Below, piece after piece: positions 36,997 to 46,210 of a stretch of DNA of 60,811 bases. Location of the stretch: assembly GCA_964540555.1 (NCBI GenBank), contig CAZINF010000002.1, positions 1 through 60,811 of the forward strand, in the 5' to 3' direction. Positions within the stretch are counted from its first letter, which is position 1; each line of letters begins with the position of its first letter. The notes below the pieces were generated by a model. The model saw only the letters and a program-made list of their open reading frames with translations. It was not told the origin of the DNA and did not search any database. The stretch is from an uncultured Syntrophus sp. Its GTDB lineage: Bacteria; Desulfobacterota; Syntrophia; Syntrophales; UBA5619. Made by a program: the position numbers and the translations under genes.

Positions 36997-37504
36997 GGCT
37001 CTTCCCTCCTCTCTTCTCGATTATTTCGGAAATCAGGCTGAGATATTGGAGGGATAAAAGGGTCATGCCCAGCGGAAGAAAAAAATAAGGGATAGTCAGA
37101 GGCGGACCCCATAAGGATTCCGAATGCCATCCCTTGGCGGTGGCCTCCCACCACATCCCCCAGCCTTTCCATGCCAGTAGCATGCAGAAAGCAAGGGAGA
37201 TCATCGAGGTGACCAGGGACATCTTTTCGGTAAATCCCTTGGGGAGAAGACGGGTGATCATGTCGATATTGATGTGGGCGCCGTCTTTCAGACCATACGC
37301 CGCTCCCAGGTAAGTGGCCATGACGGTCAGGTAAACGGATGTTTCGATCTCCCAGATGGTGGGTATTCTCAGGACGTACCGGACAATCACCTCGTAAGTG
37401 AGGATGAAGGCGGAGAGCAAAATGGCCAGGCTGCTTACATAATACAGAATGCGGTTGAAATTTTCGATCTTCTGCAACACCTGCCGGAGAAGTTTCATCA
37501 TCAT
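36986..37504 (-). CDS. dctQ: TRAP transporter small permease
   Basis: 172-aa four-TM protein between dctP and dctM. Confidence 0.85.
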   Translation of the reverse strand: MMMKLLRQVLQKIENFNRILYYVSSLAILLSAFILTYEVIVRYVLRIPTIWEIETSVYLTVMATYLGAAYGLKDGAHINIDMITRLLPKGFTEKMSLVTSMISLAFCMLLAWKGWGMWWEATAKGWHSESLWGPPLTIPYFFLPLGMTLLSLQYLSLISEIIEKRGGKSHGS

Positions 37505-37591
37505 AAAGCCTCCTTTATCAATCAGACCGGGAGCGCAACCCGCAGGTCCCGCCGTGTGGGCGCGGATAAGGGGCGCAGTGAAATACGGATC

Positions 37592-37635
37592 GCTTCCTTG
37601 CCGGGAAGCCCCGCCCCGCGGGCGGGAGCTTCACA
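37592..37635 (-). repeat. REP-like palindromic element, copy F (inverted), inside the dctP-dctQ spacer
   Basis: The reverse complement of cttccttgccgggaagccccgccccgcgggcgggagcttcacaa matches copy C over about 44 nt, including the cttcccgg(t/c)aaggaag tail. Confidence 0.85.
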
Positions 37636-37697
37636 AGGGGAGCGCCCCGGCTCCCCCTGCGAATTAGATCACGGGTTACGATCTTGGCTATCCCGAG

Positions 37698-38735
37698 TTA
37701 TTTTACCTGAAGCGCCTTCTCCAGAAGTTCTTTCCCGCCTTTTACCTTGTCGCTGTACTCCTTCCAGGCGGTATTCTTGGCTGTTTCCGCCCAGATTTTG
37801 AACTCATCCGGGGTCATATCGTGGACGATTACACCTTTGGATTTAAAAAGGTCCGTCACCTCGGTATCGTCTCTTATGGCCTCGTCCAGGGCAAACTTCT
37901 CGAGTTCTTTCCCGACTTCCATGACTATCTTCTGCTGTGCCGGAGACAGTTTCTTCCAGGTGACCATGCTCATCACCAGGGGTTCGAACATGTACCAGGT
38001 CGTGGTGACACGCGGGGAAGTGTAGTACTTCACCTGCTCATAGAGGCGGAAGGATTCAAAGGAAGAAGAAGAGGTCATGCAGGCGTCCAGAACCCCGGTC
38101 TGCAGGGCGAAGTAGATATCGCCGGAGGGCATGCTGGAGATGCCGGCCCCGGAATCATGGAGCATCCTCTCGAACATTTTTCCCGCGGCCCGGATTTTCA
38201 CCCCCCGCATATCCTCCGGTTTGATCAGGGGTTTGGATTTACCCGCCATACCGCCGCCGCACCAGGCCCAGGTGATGATCTTCATCCCGTTGTCTTCGCA
38301 AAGCTTCTCGATTTCCTTGCCGATGGGGGCGTCTTTCCAGCGCATGGCCTGGTGATGATCCTTGACGATGCAGGGCATGAGGGTGATGGAGAGCTGGGGA
38401 ATCTTCCCGGCGGCGTAATCGAGGGGATAAACGGACATGTCGAGCGCGCCCTTGAGCATGGCGTCATACTGCGGCACCGCCTTGAAAAGGGCCGAAGCGG
38501 GATAAATCTCGAATTTCAGGGCGCCTCCGGTCTTTTCCTCCGTTTTCTTCGCGAAGAGGCGGCAAAGCCTGTCCCGGAAGTCACCCTTGTCGATGGTCCC
38601 ACCCGGCCACTGGTGAGAGATCTTGATGGTCATCGGGGGGCCGACAGGCTTGACCTGGGCATAGATCTGCGACCAGCTGAAAATAAGCGACAGAAAAACA
38701 ACCACAGCAACCCATTTGATTTTCCGATAGTCCAT
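37698..38735 (-). CDS. dctP: TRAP transporter substrate-binding protein
   Basis: ATG 38735 sits behind AAGGAGGAAAG, followed by the signal peptide MDYRKIKWVAVVVFLSLIFSWSQIYAQ. DctP-family length and blocks. Trimmed from 38879. Confidence 0.9.
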   Translation of the reverse strand: MDYRKIKWVAVVVFLSLIFSWSQIYAQVKPVGPPMTIKISHQWPGGTIDKGDFRDRLCRLFAKKTEEKTGGALKFEIYPASALFKAVPQYDAMLKGALDMSVYPLDYAAGKIPQLSITLMPCIVKDHHQAMRWKDAPIGKEIEKLCEDNGMKIITWAWCGGGMAGKSKPLIKPEDMRGVKIRAAGKMFERMLHDSGAGISSMPSGDIYFALQTGVLDACMTSSSSFESFRLYEQVKYYTSPRVTTTWYMFEPLVMSMVTWKKLSPAQQKIVMEVGKELEKFALDEAIRDDTEVTDLFKSKGVIVHDMTPDEFKIWAETAKNTAWKEYSDKVKGGKELLEKALQVK

Positions 38736-39206
38736 TTTTCTTTCCTCCTTTATTTGGGGTAAGGAACCTTTTGCCGATAGGAGTCGACGCCTTCGTAAAA
38801 AAAGTCGGCAAAGACGAAACTCGCGCTTCACGCTCGAATAGTCGTCTTCGCTAGCGCTCCGCTGCGTGGGCAGGGGCAAGGGGACAGATTTGAAATCAGC
38901 CCCCTCCCCAAATCTCCAATCCGCGCTTGAAGGGATCCGATTTTCAAGTTACGAAAAGGTCTCCCAGAGGCGCTAAGGCGCAGCATCGAATCTCCACCCT
39001 CCGGGCGGCATGTCCAGGCTACGGATGAAAAATCCGGTTTTGTTGCGCCCCGTCGCCCCGCAATCGGGCTCTCCGGGTGGCGCTACCGGTATTGAGGAAT
39101 GAGGCGCACGACGTACGCCTCAGTAATGAAGAATGAAGTGCAGAACAGCAGGGGCCTGCCCCCGTGAAAGAAGGGGCATTTTTACGAATGCCCTCGGCTG
39201 TAGTGT

Positions 39207-39234
39207 ATTGTAAATGTATACGCCGTCCTGTCAA
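39207..39234 (-). promoter_or_regulatory. sigma70-like promoter candidate far upstream of dctP
   Basis: The minus strand reads TTGACA-N16-TACAAT in an AT-rich patch. The predicted transcript start is about 460 nt before the dctP ATG. Confidence 0.35.
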
Positions 39235-39333
39235 GTCATTTTTTTATAATTTTTATAATTATTGATGATGACTGGTATTTTAAAAAGGGAATCCCCCTCC
39301 TGGCGGCATCAACCCTTCCGTGGGCAGCGTGTG

Positions 39334-41331
39334 CTACCAGCCTCCGCCTCCCCCGCCGCCGCCCCCACCGCCTGACGAGCCGCCGCCGCTTCCTCCCGAT
39401 GTTGACCCCGGTGCGGTCGAGGAGGTGGAGATGGCGTTGCTCAAAGCGCTTCCCACCGCGCCCCCGAAACTACCCACCCGTGCGCTGTCGAACGTCGCTC
39501 CCGAGTACCATCCGGGGTGGTAGCCGCTGCCGTCGGGCTGCATGGCAACGGAGAGCAGATCGGCGAACTGCTCGCTCCACGCCTGCTCGACGTTCAGTGC
39601 GAGGGCATACGGCAGGTACTTCTCGTAAAGCTCGGGTGTGCGTTCCGCGGGAATCATGCGCTGGAGGCGGTCCCCCTCGGTGGCGCCCAGGAACATTTTG
39701 AAGCCCTCGATACGATCGAGAATCCGGCGTCCGAGCAGCGTCGGGGCCTTGAGTAGATGATAGAAAGCCATGTTCATGACAACCACCACAACCAGAAGAC
39801 CGACCAGGCCAGGGGAACTCCGGCCAAGGATCGTCAGGACAAAGATCTCCGCGCCAAAGAAGGGGAGTGCGAAGCCGGTCATGACGACGGCCGCCCCGAG
39901 GCTGCCGGCGATTGTCCCCAGCTTTCGAGCCCCTGTGAATACCTGGCGCCAGAGCTTCACGACCATGATGGCGAGAAACACAACCCCGACGCTCCACCCC
40001 GTGAGCCAGATGCCGAGGAACGGGACCTCGGGCTGGTCCAGCGCCGAAAGGAAGCTCGCCGCCACCGCCGCCGCGGATATGACCACCCCGATGACGAAGG
40101 CCTTCCTGTTGGTGACGAAATGGGTCTTCTCGAAGGAGAGAGTCAGGGAACTCCTGAGGGCATTCTTGGCGGCGGCGATTTGGGGGTGATTTTTCTTTTC
40201 GAGGGCGATCTCTCTGCCGGATCCAAAGAGCCGGGCGGCAATTTTTTTCTCCTCAGTGCTGAGCTTGGATGTGCTGCCGTCGGTCCTGGTCAGCGTATAC
40301 TTGCCGTTCGTCTCCCGGATGGAAAGAGCCCCCTTCACGGCCATGTCGATGATGGCCGCGGCGAACGCCTTGTCGTCGTACCCCATCTCGGCCATGAACC
40401 GCATCGAAGCCGGCGACAGGCTGTCGGGCGGGGCGTAGATCGGCATGATGATCCCCCTGGCCGGATCCCTGCCCGCCGAGAACCAGATCAGCACGTAGTA
40501 AAGCAGGATAACGACAATGCCGATGAAGGCAACCAGCAGGGTGAGATTGTCCCTGAGGGAATCGATGGTTTTTTCAAGGACGGAGGGCTCCCGCACATAC
40601 CCTTTCGGCCAGCCGACCGTAATGGTGAATCCCTCGCGGGCGAGGAGTCGGCGCGTCGTTTTGAAAACCGCCTTGGCGTCGGGCATCACCGCCGCACTGA
40701 AGTTTTTTCCCTTTGCGCCCATCGGGCCCGTATAGCCTTCGAGGACCATCCGGTCCGCCGAAACCCCCGGCGGCAGCGCCACCGTCGCGGAGGCCGTCTC
40801 GATGGGAAAGTTCCACCCGTTTCCGGTGACGTTCCAGTAGAGCTCGTCGTGGTCCTTGAAGAAGCCCAGTTGCCGGTCGGTCCTGTAACTCAGCGTGTAG
40901 GTATGCTCGCCCGGCGGCAGTAGATACTCCTTCCTGCCCATGTAGATCCGGATGCCGTTTGAGAGGGTTTCGGTGTGGTGCGCCTCGGGCTTGCCGTCGC
41001 GCGCCACGGCAAGGATCGCAAAGCCCACGACGTATTTGTTCCCGGCGCGGTCCTTGTAAGTCGTGGGAAAATCCCGGTAGATGCCCCGCTTGATCTGGTC
41101 GCCGGCGCTCGTGACCTTGATGGTCTCAGTCACGCGCATGCCCGCGTCTGCATCCACGGTGATGTGGCTCGCAAACGACAGGATCGTTTCGGATGCGCCC
41201 GTAGCTATGCCCGGGCTGATGAGGACGAGGCACAGGATGACGGCCGCTGCGACCCTGAAAACCGACAGACGGGCTCCGGTTGCGGGACTTAGTGTCCGGT
41301 GGTTCCCGGGAATCATCGCCTCGCCGCTCAT
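39334..41331 (-). CDS. DUF2207 family membrane protein with poly-Gly C-terminal tail
   Basis: 665 aa: signal/TM, an extracytoplasmic domain, a cluster of TM helices, and a tail GGSGGGSSGGGGGGGGGGGW. The start shares one base with the lemA stop. Confidence 0.8.
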   Translation of the reverse strand: MSGEAMIPGNHRTLSPATGARLSVFRVAAAVILCLVLISPGIATGASETILSFASHITVDADAGMRVTETIKVTSAGDQIKRGIYRDFPTTYKDRAGNKYVVGFAILAVARDGKPEAHHTETLSNGIRIYMGRKEYLLPPGEHTYTLSYRTDRQLGFFKDHDELYWNVTGNGWNFPIETASATVALPPGVSADRMVLEGYTGPMGAKGKNFSAAVMPDAKAVFKTTRRLLAREGFTITVGWPKGYVREPSVLEKTIDSLRDNLTLLVAFIGIVVILLYYVLIWFSAGRDPARGIIMPIYAPPDSLSPASMRFMAEMGYDDKAFAAAIIDMAVKGALSIRETNGKYTLTRTDGSTSKLSTEEKKIAARLFGSGREIALEKKNHPQIAAAKNALRSSLTLSFEKTHFVTNRKAFVIGVVISAAAVAASFLSALDQPEVPFLGIWLTGWSVGVVFLAIMVVKLWRQVFTGARKLGTIAGSLGAAVVMTGFALPFFGAEIFVLTILGRSSPGLVGLLVVVVVMNMAFYHLLKAPTLLGRRILDRIEGFKMFLGATEGDRLQRMIPAERTPELYEKYLPYALALNVEQAWSEQFADLLSVAMQPDGSGYHPGWYSGATFDSARVGSFGGAVGSALSNAISTSSTAPGSTSGGSGGGSSGGGGGGGGGGGW

Positions 41332-41891
41332 CAGAAACCGACTTTGACCGGCAGCCGCTCGACCTCCGGACTTTCGAGCTCGAAGAAATCGTTCTTCTCA
41401 AATCCGAACCGCGAGGCGATCAGGTTTGAAGGGAACTGCTCGATCGCGGTGTTGAAGTCCCTCACCACCGCGTTGTAATAGCGCCGCGCAGACTCGATGT
41501 TGTCCTCGATTTCCTTGAGCTGGGTCTGAAGCTGTAGAAAGTCCTGATTCGCCTTCAGATCGGGATACGCCTCGGCAACGGCAAACAGGCTCTTCAACGA
41601 ATCCCGGAGCGCGTTTTCCGCCTTCGCCGTTTCACCGGGCCCCGAGGCCTTGATTGCCTGTGCCCGGGCATCGGTCACCTTCGTGAAGAGCGATTGCTCG
41701 TGAGCCGCATAGCCCTTCACCGTTTCCACCAGGTTCGGCACAAGGTCATAGCGTTTCTTGAGCTGCACGTCGATGTCCGACCACGAGGATCGCACCGTGT
41801 TGCGCAGACGGACCAATTTGTTGTAAAGGGAGATCACAGCCACGGCAACGATTGCCGCCACCGCTATGACAATCCATGTGAGCGCCATCAT
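41331..41891 (-). CDS. lemA: LemA family protein
   Basis: MMALTWIVIAVAAIVAVAVISLYNKLVRLRN..WSDIDVQLKRRYDLVPNLV, the canonical LemA N-terminus. Trimmed to ATG 41891. Confidence 0.9.
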   Translation of the reverse strand: MMALTWIVIAVAAIVAVAVISLYNKLVRLRNTVRSSWSDIDVQLKKRYDLVPNLVETVKGYAAHEQSLFTKVTDARAQAIKASGPGETAKAENALRDSLKSLFAVAEAYPDLKANQDFLQLQTQLKEIEDNIESARRYYNAVVRDFNTAIEQFPSNLIASRFGFEKNDFFELESPEVERLPVKVGF

Positions 41892-42021
41892 GTTTTCCTT
41901 CCACTTGGGTTGATGTTGCCGGCTAGTCCATACTGATACCCGCTTTTTTGAATATAACATAGTCTATCGAAAATTGCCAATCATCGGCTGGAACAACATA
42001 GGCATTGACAGCCGCCCCGGC

Positions 42022-42038
42022 ATGCAATAGTGTTGCAT
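42022..42038 (+). promoter_or_regulatory. palindromic operator candidate (Zur/Fur-type) overlapping the znuA promoter
   Basis: ATGCAA-tagtg-TTGCAT sits 11 nt after TTGACA (42005-42010) and covers the predicted -10 (TAGTGT). Confidence 0.3.
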
Positions 42039-42130
42039 CAACATTCTATACAATATCCCTTGCCTTCAATGGGTATACGTTGAAATACCCGACATGTGGC
42101 GGTTGCACCGGCCGGGGAGCGCGATGGATC

Positions 42131-43054
42131 ATGAATGGGAAACATGGGAAGATGAATTCCATAGGGAAGTATATCGCCGGTTTGATTTGTACGGCCCTTA
42201 TCCTCCCGTACACGATGCCGGTCTGGGCCTCTTCCGTCGGTGTCTTTGTCAGCATCGCGCCGCAAAAGTATTTCGCCCGGAAAATCGGCGGAACCCTCGT
42301 CAACGTGTCCGTCCTTGTTCCCTCCGGCGCCGATCCCCACACGTATGAACCCAAGCCCAGGCAGATGGTCGAGCTGTCGAAAAGCGCGCTCTATTTTGCC
42401 GTGGGCGTCGATTTTGAAAAGGCCTGGCTAAAGAAGATCGCCGCCACCCATCCCAGGATGCGCATCATCCATACGGACGAAGGGATTGCCAAAATCCCCA
42501 TGAGCGATCCACACCGCCACGACGGAAACATTCACAGGCACGACAAAAAGGAACAGCCTCTCGCCGGAGCCCCGGATCCCCATGTCTGGCTTGCCCCTGC
42601 GCCGGTGAAGGTTCAGGCCGCGCACATCCTCAAGGCGCTTATCGAGGCGGATCCTAAAAACCGGTTGCCGTATACCGCCGGTTATGACGCTTTTTTGAAG
42701 GAACTTGACACCTTGGACGGCGAGCTGAAGGCGCTGTTTGCCGGACGAAAGGGTGAACAGTTCATGGTGTTTCACCCCGCGTGGGGTTACTTCGCCGAGG
42801 CGTACGGCCTTCAACAGGTGCCCGTCGAGGTCGAGGGGAGAGAGCCAAAGGCCGCTCAGCTCCAGTCCCTGATTCGCCGCGCCCGGGAGCGAGGCGTCAA
42901 AGTGATCTTTGTCCAGCCGCAGTTATCCGCAAAAAGCGCCGAGATGGTGGCCCGTGAAATCGGTGGAGCGGTGGTTCGCGTCGACCCTTTGGCGGAAAAC
43001 TGGGACGCCAACATGCGAGAGGTTGCGCGTAAATTCCGCGCCGCCCTGCAATGA
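42131..43054 (+). CDS. znuA: zinc ABC transporter substrate-binding protein
   Basis: Cluster-9 SBP blocks (GADPHTYEP, FHPAWGYF) plus a His-rich loop SDPHRHDGNIHRHD typical of ZnuA. Confidence 0.85.
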   Translation: MNGKHGKMNSIGKYIAGLICTALILPYTMPVWASSVGVFVSIAPQKYFARKIGGTLVNVSVLVPSGADPHTYEPKPRQMVELSKSALYFAVGVDFEKAWLKKIAATHPRMRIIHTDEGIAKIPMSDPHRHDGNIHRHDKKEQPLAGAPDPHVWLAPAPVKVQAAHILKALIEADPKNRLPYTAGYDAFLKELDTLDGELKALFAGRKGEQFMVFHPAWGYFAEAYGLQQVPVEVEGREPKAAQLQSLIRRARERGVKVIFVQPQLSAKSAEMVAREIGGAVVRVDPLAENWDANMREVARKFRAALQ

Positions 43055-43064
43055 GAGCAAAACG

Positions 43065-43826
43065 ATGGGGGAGACGATCATAGAGGTCCTGGATGTATGG
43101 TTTTCCTTCAACGGGCAGCCGGTTCTCCGCGAGGCGAGTCTGACGGTCCCGCGGGGAGACTTCCTTGTCATCATCGGCCCCAACGGGGGCGGAAAGACCA
43201 CGCTCCTCAAACTGATCCTCGGCTTGTTGAAACCGGACCGCGGCACGGTGCGCGTCTTCGGACAGTCGCCAGGAAAGGCCGCCCACCGCGTCGGCTACGT
43301 TCCCCAGAACGTCCATGTCAACAAGACCTTTCCCGTCTCCGTCCTCGACGTCGTCCTGATGGGGCGTCTCCGGAACGGCAAGGGGTGGTCGCACCACACC
43401 CGGCAGGACCGTATCGCGGCTCAGGCGGCCCTCGAACAGATGGGGATCTGGGAGCACCGGGGCAGAAGAATCGGCGAGCTCTCCGGAGGAGAATTACAGC
43501 GCGTGTTCATCGCCCGGGCGCTGGTATCCGGACCGGAGGCGCTGTTTCTGGACGAAGCCATGGCAAGCATCGATGCCCAAAGCCGCGGCGAGTTCTACGA
43601 CGCTCTGACGGAATTGAACCGAACCGTGACCATCATCGCCGTCAGCCACGACATGATGATCCTTTCGAGCCATGTGAAGTCGGTGGCCTGCGTCAATCGG
43701 GAGCTTTACCATCACGATTCCGGAGAAATCACCCAGCAGATGATCGATCAGGCATATCATTGCCCGGTCGATCTGGTGGCGCATGGCGTCCCTCACCGTG
43801 TGCTGTCCAGGCATGAGGACAAGTGA
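43065..43826 (+). CDS. znuC: zinc ABC transporter ATP-binding protein
   Basis: Walker A GPNGGGKTT, signature LSGGELQR, Walker B LFLDEA. Confidence 0.9.
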   Translation: MGETIIEVLDVWFSFNGQPVLREASLTVPRGDFLVIIGPNGGGKTTLLKLILGLLKPDRGTVRVFGQSPGKAAHRVGYVPQNVHVNKTFPVSVLDVVLMGRLRNGKGWSHHTRQDRIAAQAALEQMGIWEHRGRRIGELSGGELQRVFIARALVSGPEALFLDEAMASIDAQSRGEFYDALTELNRTVTIIAVSHDMMILSSHVKSVACVNRELYHHDSGEITQQMIDQAYHCPVDLVAHGVPHRVLSRHEDK

Positions 43827-43827
43827 T

Positions 43828-44676
43828 ATGTGGGAAGCGCTTCAGTTGGAGTTCGTACGCAATGCCATCGCGGCGGGCCTTTTGGTCAGCCTCGTTTGCG
43901 GGGTGATCGGGACCCTCGTGGTGGTCAACCGCATCGTTTTTCTGGCCGGAGGAATCGCCCATGCCGCCTACGGCGGGATTGGTCTGGCCTTCTTCATGGG
44001 GTGGCCTTACCTGGCGGGGACATTGGGATTTTCGCTTTTTTCCGCCGGCGTGATGGCCGCCGTCACTCTCAAGGCCAGGCATCGGGCGGATGCCATGGTG
44101 GGAATCATCTGGGCGGTCGGCATGGCGGTAGGCGTCATACTCCTTGATCTCACCCCGGGCTACCAAGCCGATTTAATGAGCTATCTCTTCGGCAGCATAC
44201 TGGCGGCGCCGTCGTCCGACCTGTGGCAGATGGGCCTGATGGCGATCCTCGTCATCGCCGTCGTCGTCTATTACTACCAGGATTTCCTCGCCATGTCCTA
44301 TGATGACGAGTTTGCCCGCCTGAGGGGGGTTCCTGTCACCTTTCTCTATTGTCTGCTGCTGGGGATGATCGCCGTCACGGTGGTGATGATCATCCGCGTG
44401 GTCGGACTGATTCTCGTGATCGCCCTCTTGACCATTCCGCCGTTCATCGCGGAAAAATTCACCGGGTCCCTCAAGACCATGATGGCGGCCTCATCGATCC
44501 TGAGCGGCCTGTTCACCCTGCTCGGTCTCTGGTTGTCGTATCTCTTGAATCTGACCTCGGGCGCCACGATCATCCTCGTTGCGGCCGCGGGTTTTTTCAT
44601 AGCGACCCTATTGGAGAAGCTAGGGCTGCGGAGGTCATCCGAACTGTCCGCCGGGGCTGCATCATCGTCCGGATAA
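43828..44676 (+). CDS. znuB: zinc ABC transporter permease
   Basis: Polytopic ABC-3 family permease. The start lies 1 nt after the znuC stop. Confidence 0.9.
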   Translation: MWEALQLEFVRNAIAAGLLVSLVCGVIGTLVVVNRIVFLAGGIAHAAYGGIGLAFFMGWPYLAGTLGFSLFSAGVMAAVTLKARHRADAMVGIIWAVGMAVGVILLDLTPGYQADLMSYLFGSILAAPSSDLWQMGLMAILVIAVVVYYYQDFLAMSYDDEFARLRGVPVTFLYCLLLGMIAVTVVMIIRVVGLILVIALLTIPPFIAEKFTGSLKTMMAASSILSGLFTLLGLWLSYLLNLTSGATIILVAAAGFFIATLLEKLGLRRSSELSAGAASSSG

Positions 44677-44864
44677 AAGGGGAGGGACGTATAAAACCAT
44701 ATTGTGTGACAAGCGCCTCAATGTCCTCCTCTCTCTATTCCCCAATGCCGCAAGCCAAATCAAGGAAACCCGAATTAGGCTTAACATCGATAATTGCAAA
44801 CGCTTTTTCAGCAAAGAAAGAACCACCCGTGATCGAATATCGGCTGTGTACTTCTTCCCATCAT

Positions 44865-45503
44865 TCATGACAGCAGTTCCTTCATGATGATCAGGACGAT
44901 CGCCCGCGACGAGACCGGAAGTTCGGTCAACTCGTCGGCACGGACTTCGCGGATCTTTTCACCGGGAAGGGTAAGTTCTTCACACAGGAAGACACAGCGG
45001 TCTCCCCCGAGCTTCGGGATCAGCTCCGCGGTCCAGCGGATCGCCCCTTCTCTCCCCCCGAGGATGGCCAGTTTACCGGTCTCCTTGAGATCGGCGGCCG
45101 ACACCTCCGGGTCGTGGCTGTGGGCCGTGATGATCCGGGCGTCCTGCCAGTCGAGGGCGAGTCTGGCAAAGGCGACCTGGATGGAGCTGATCCCGGGGAT
45201 CACCTCGCAGTTCTCCCTGCCGAAGCGCCGGATCACCGGCTGTGCGAGGCTCGCGATCCCCGGATCGCCCGTGGCCAGGAGAACCACCTGCCGCCCTTCG
45301 TCACGGCGGGCGGCGATGGTATCGATGATCCCGTCGACATCCTTCCCGGAATCGATCCGCTCCGCGGCGACCTCCGGGAAGAGGTCCTTCAGCCGCCGGG
45401 AGACGATCAGGACGTCGGCCTTCCGCGCGGCGGCCTCTACCACCGGCGTGATGTAGGATTCGGCCCCGGGGCCGCAGCCGAGGATGATGATCTTTTTCTT
45501 CAT
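44865..45503 (-). CDS. cbiE: precorrin-6Y / cobalt-precorrin-7 C5-methyltransferase
   Basis: MKKKIIILGCGPG...LATGDPG tetrapyrrole-methylase blocks. The ORF is trimmed to ATG 45503. Confidence 0.8.
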   Translation of the reverse strand: MKKKIIILGCGPGAESYITPVVEAAARKADVLIVSRRLKDLFPEVAAERIDSGKDVDGIIDTIAARRDEGRQVVLLATGDPGIASLAQPVIRRFGRENCEVIPGISSIQVAFARLALDWQDARIITAHSHDPEVSAADLKETGKLAILGGREGAIRWTAELIPKLGGDRCVFLCEELTLPGEKIREVRADELTELPVSSRAIVLIIMKELLS

Positions 45504-45511
45504 ACGTTCCG

Positions 45512-46210
45512 TCACGGCTTCTCTTCTTCTCCGCCCTCTGCCGCCATGCCGCAGAGGGCGTGGACAACACTGATCGCAAGCGGGCTTCCTCCCCGGTGGC
45601 CCACCGTCGTAATGAAAGGGACTCCGAGCGATATCAGTTCCTCCTTGCTCTCCACAACATGGACGAAGCCTACCGGCAGCGCGATAACGAGGGAGGGTCG
45701 GAAACCCTCTTCGATGATCATCCGGCTGAGTTCCATGAGCGCAACCGGGGCGTTTCCGATGACCGAGATCGCTCCATCGAGAAGCGGTTTCGCCTTCTGG
45801 ATGGCATGGAGAGAGAGAGGGAGCCCGGATCGCCTGGATTTGCGCGCCACGTCCACGTCGGCGACATGGCAGATGATGCTCTCCCGCCTGTAGAATCCGC
45901 ATACCTTCCGGAGGCGGGCGAGGGAAATCCCGGCACGGATCATGTTTGCGTCGGTATAGATCGACCGGCAGGCCTGCAGGGCTTTGATGCCTGCCTCGAC
46001 CGCATCAGACGAAAAACGAACCGCATGGATGATCCCGACATCGCCGACGGCGTGGATCATCCGCCGGACGATCTGCCACTCACCGGGCGGGAAAGGGTGC
46101 GGCGGGGCTTCACGGTCGATGATCTCCATCGATCGTGCTTCGATCTCCGAACCGCTCATGGGATGCTCAAGGAAAGCCCTTATCAACGGTCGCTTAGGGG
46201 TCACATTCAT
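45512..46210 (-). CDS. cbiC: precorrin-8X methylmutase
   Basis: The SMEIIDRE...VRRMIHAVGD...IYTDANM...VIGNAPVAL blocks of CobH/CbiC. Confidence 0.85.
   Translation of the reverse strand: MNVTPKRPLIRAFLEHPMSGSEIEARSMEIIDREAPPHPFPPGEWQIVRRMIHAVGDVGIIHAVRFSSDAVEAGIKALQACRSIYTDANMIRAGISLARLRKVCGFYRRESIICHVADVDVARKSRRSGLPLSLHAIQKAKPLLDGAISVIGNAPVALMELSRMIIEEGFRPSLVIALPVGFVHVVESKEELISLGVPFITTVGHRGGSPLAISVVHALCGMAAEGGEEEKP

Noticed and set aside
39320-39523. Plus-strand ORF beginning with a poly-proline run (PPPPPPPPPPPDEPPP).
   Set aside because: It is the reverse complement of the poly-Gly tail of the DUF2207 gene, so it is an artefact of a GGN repeat.
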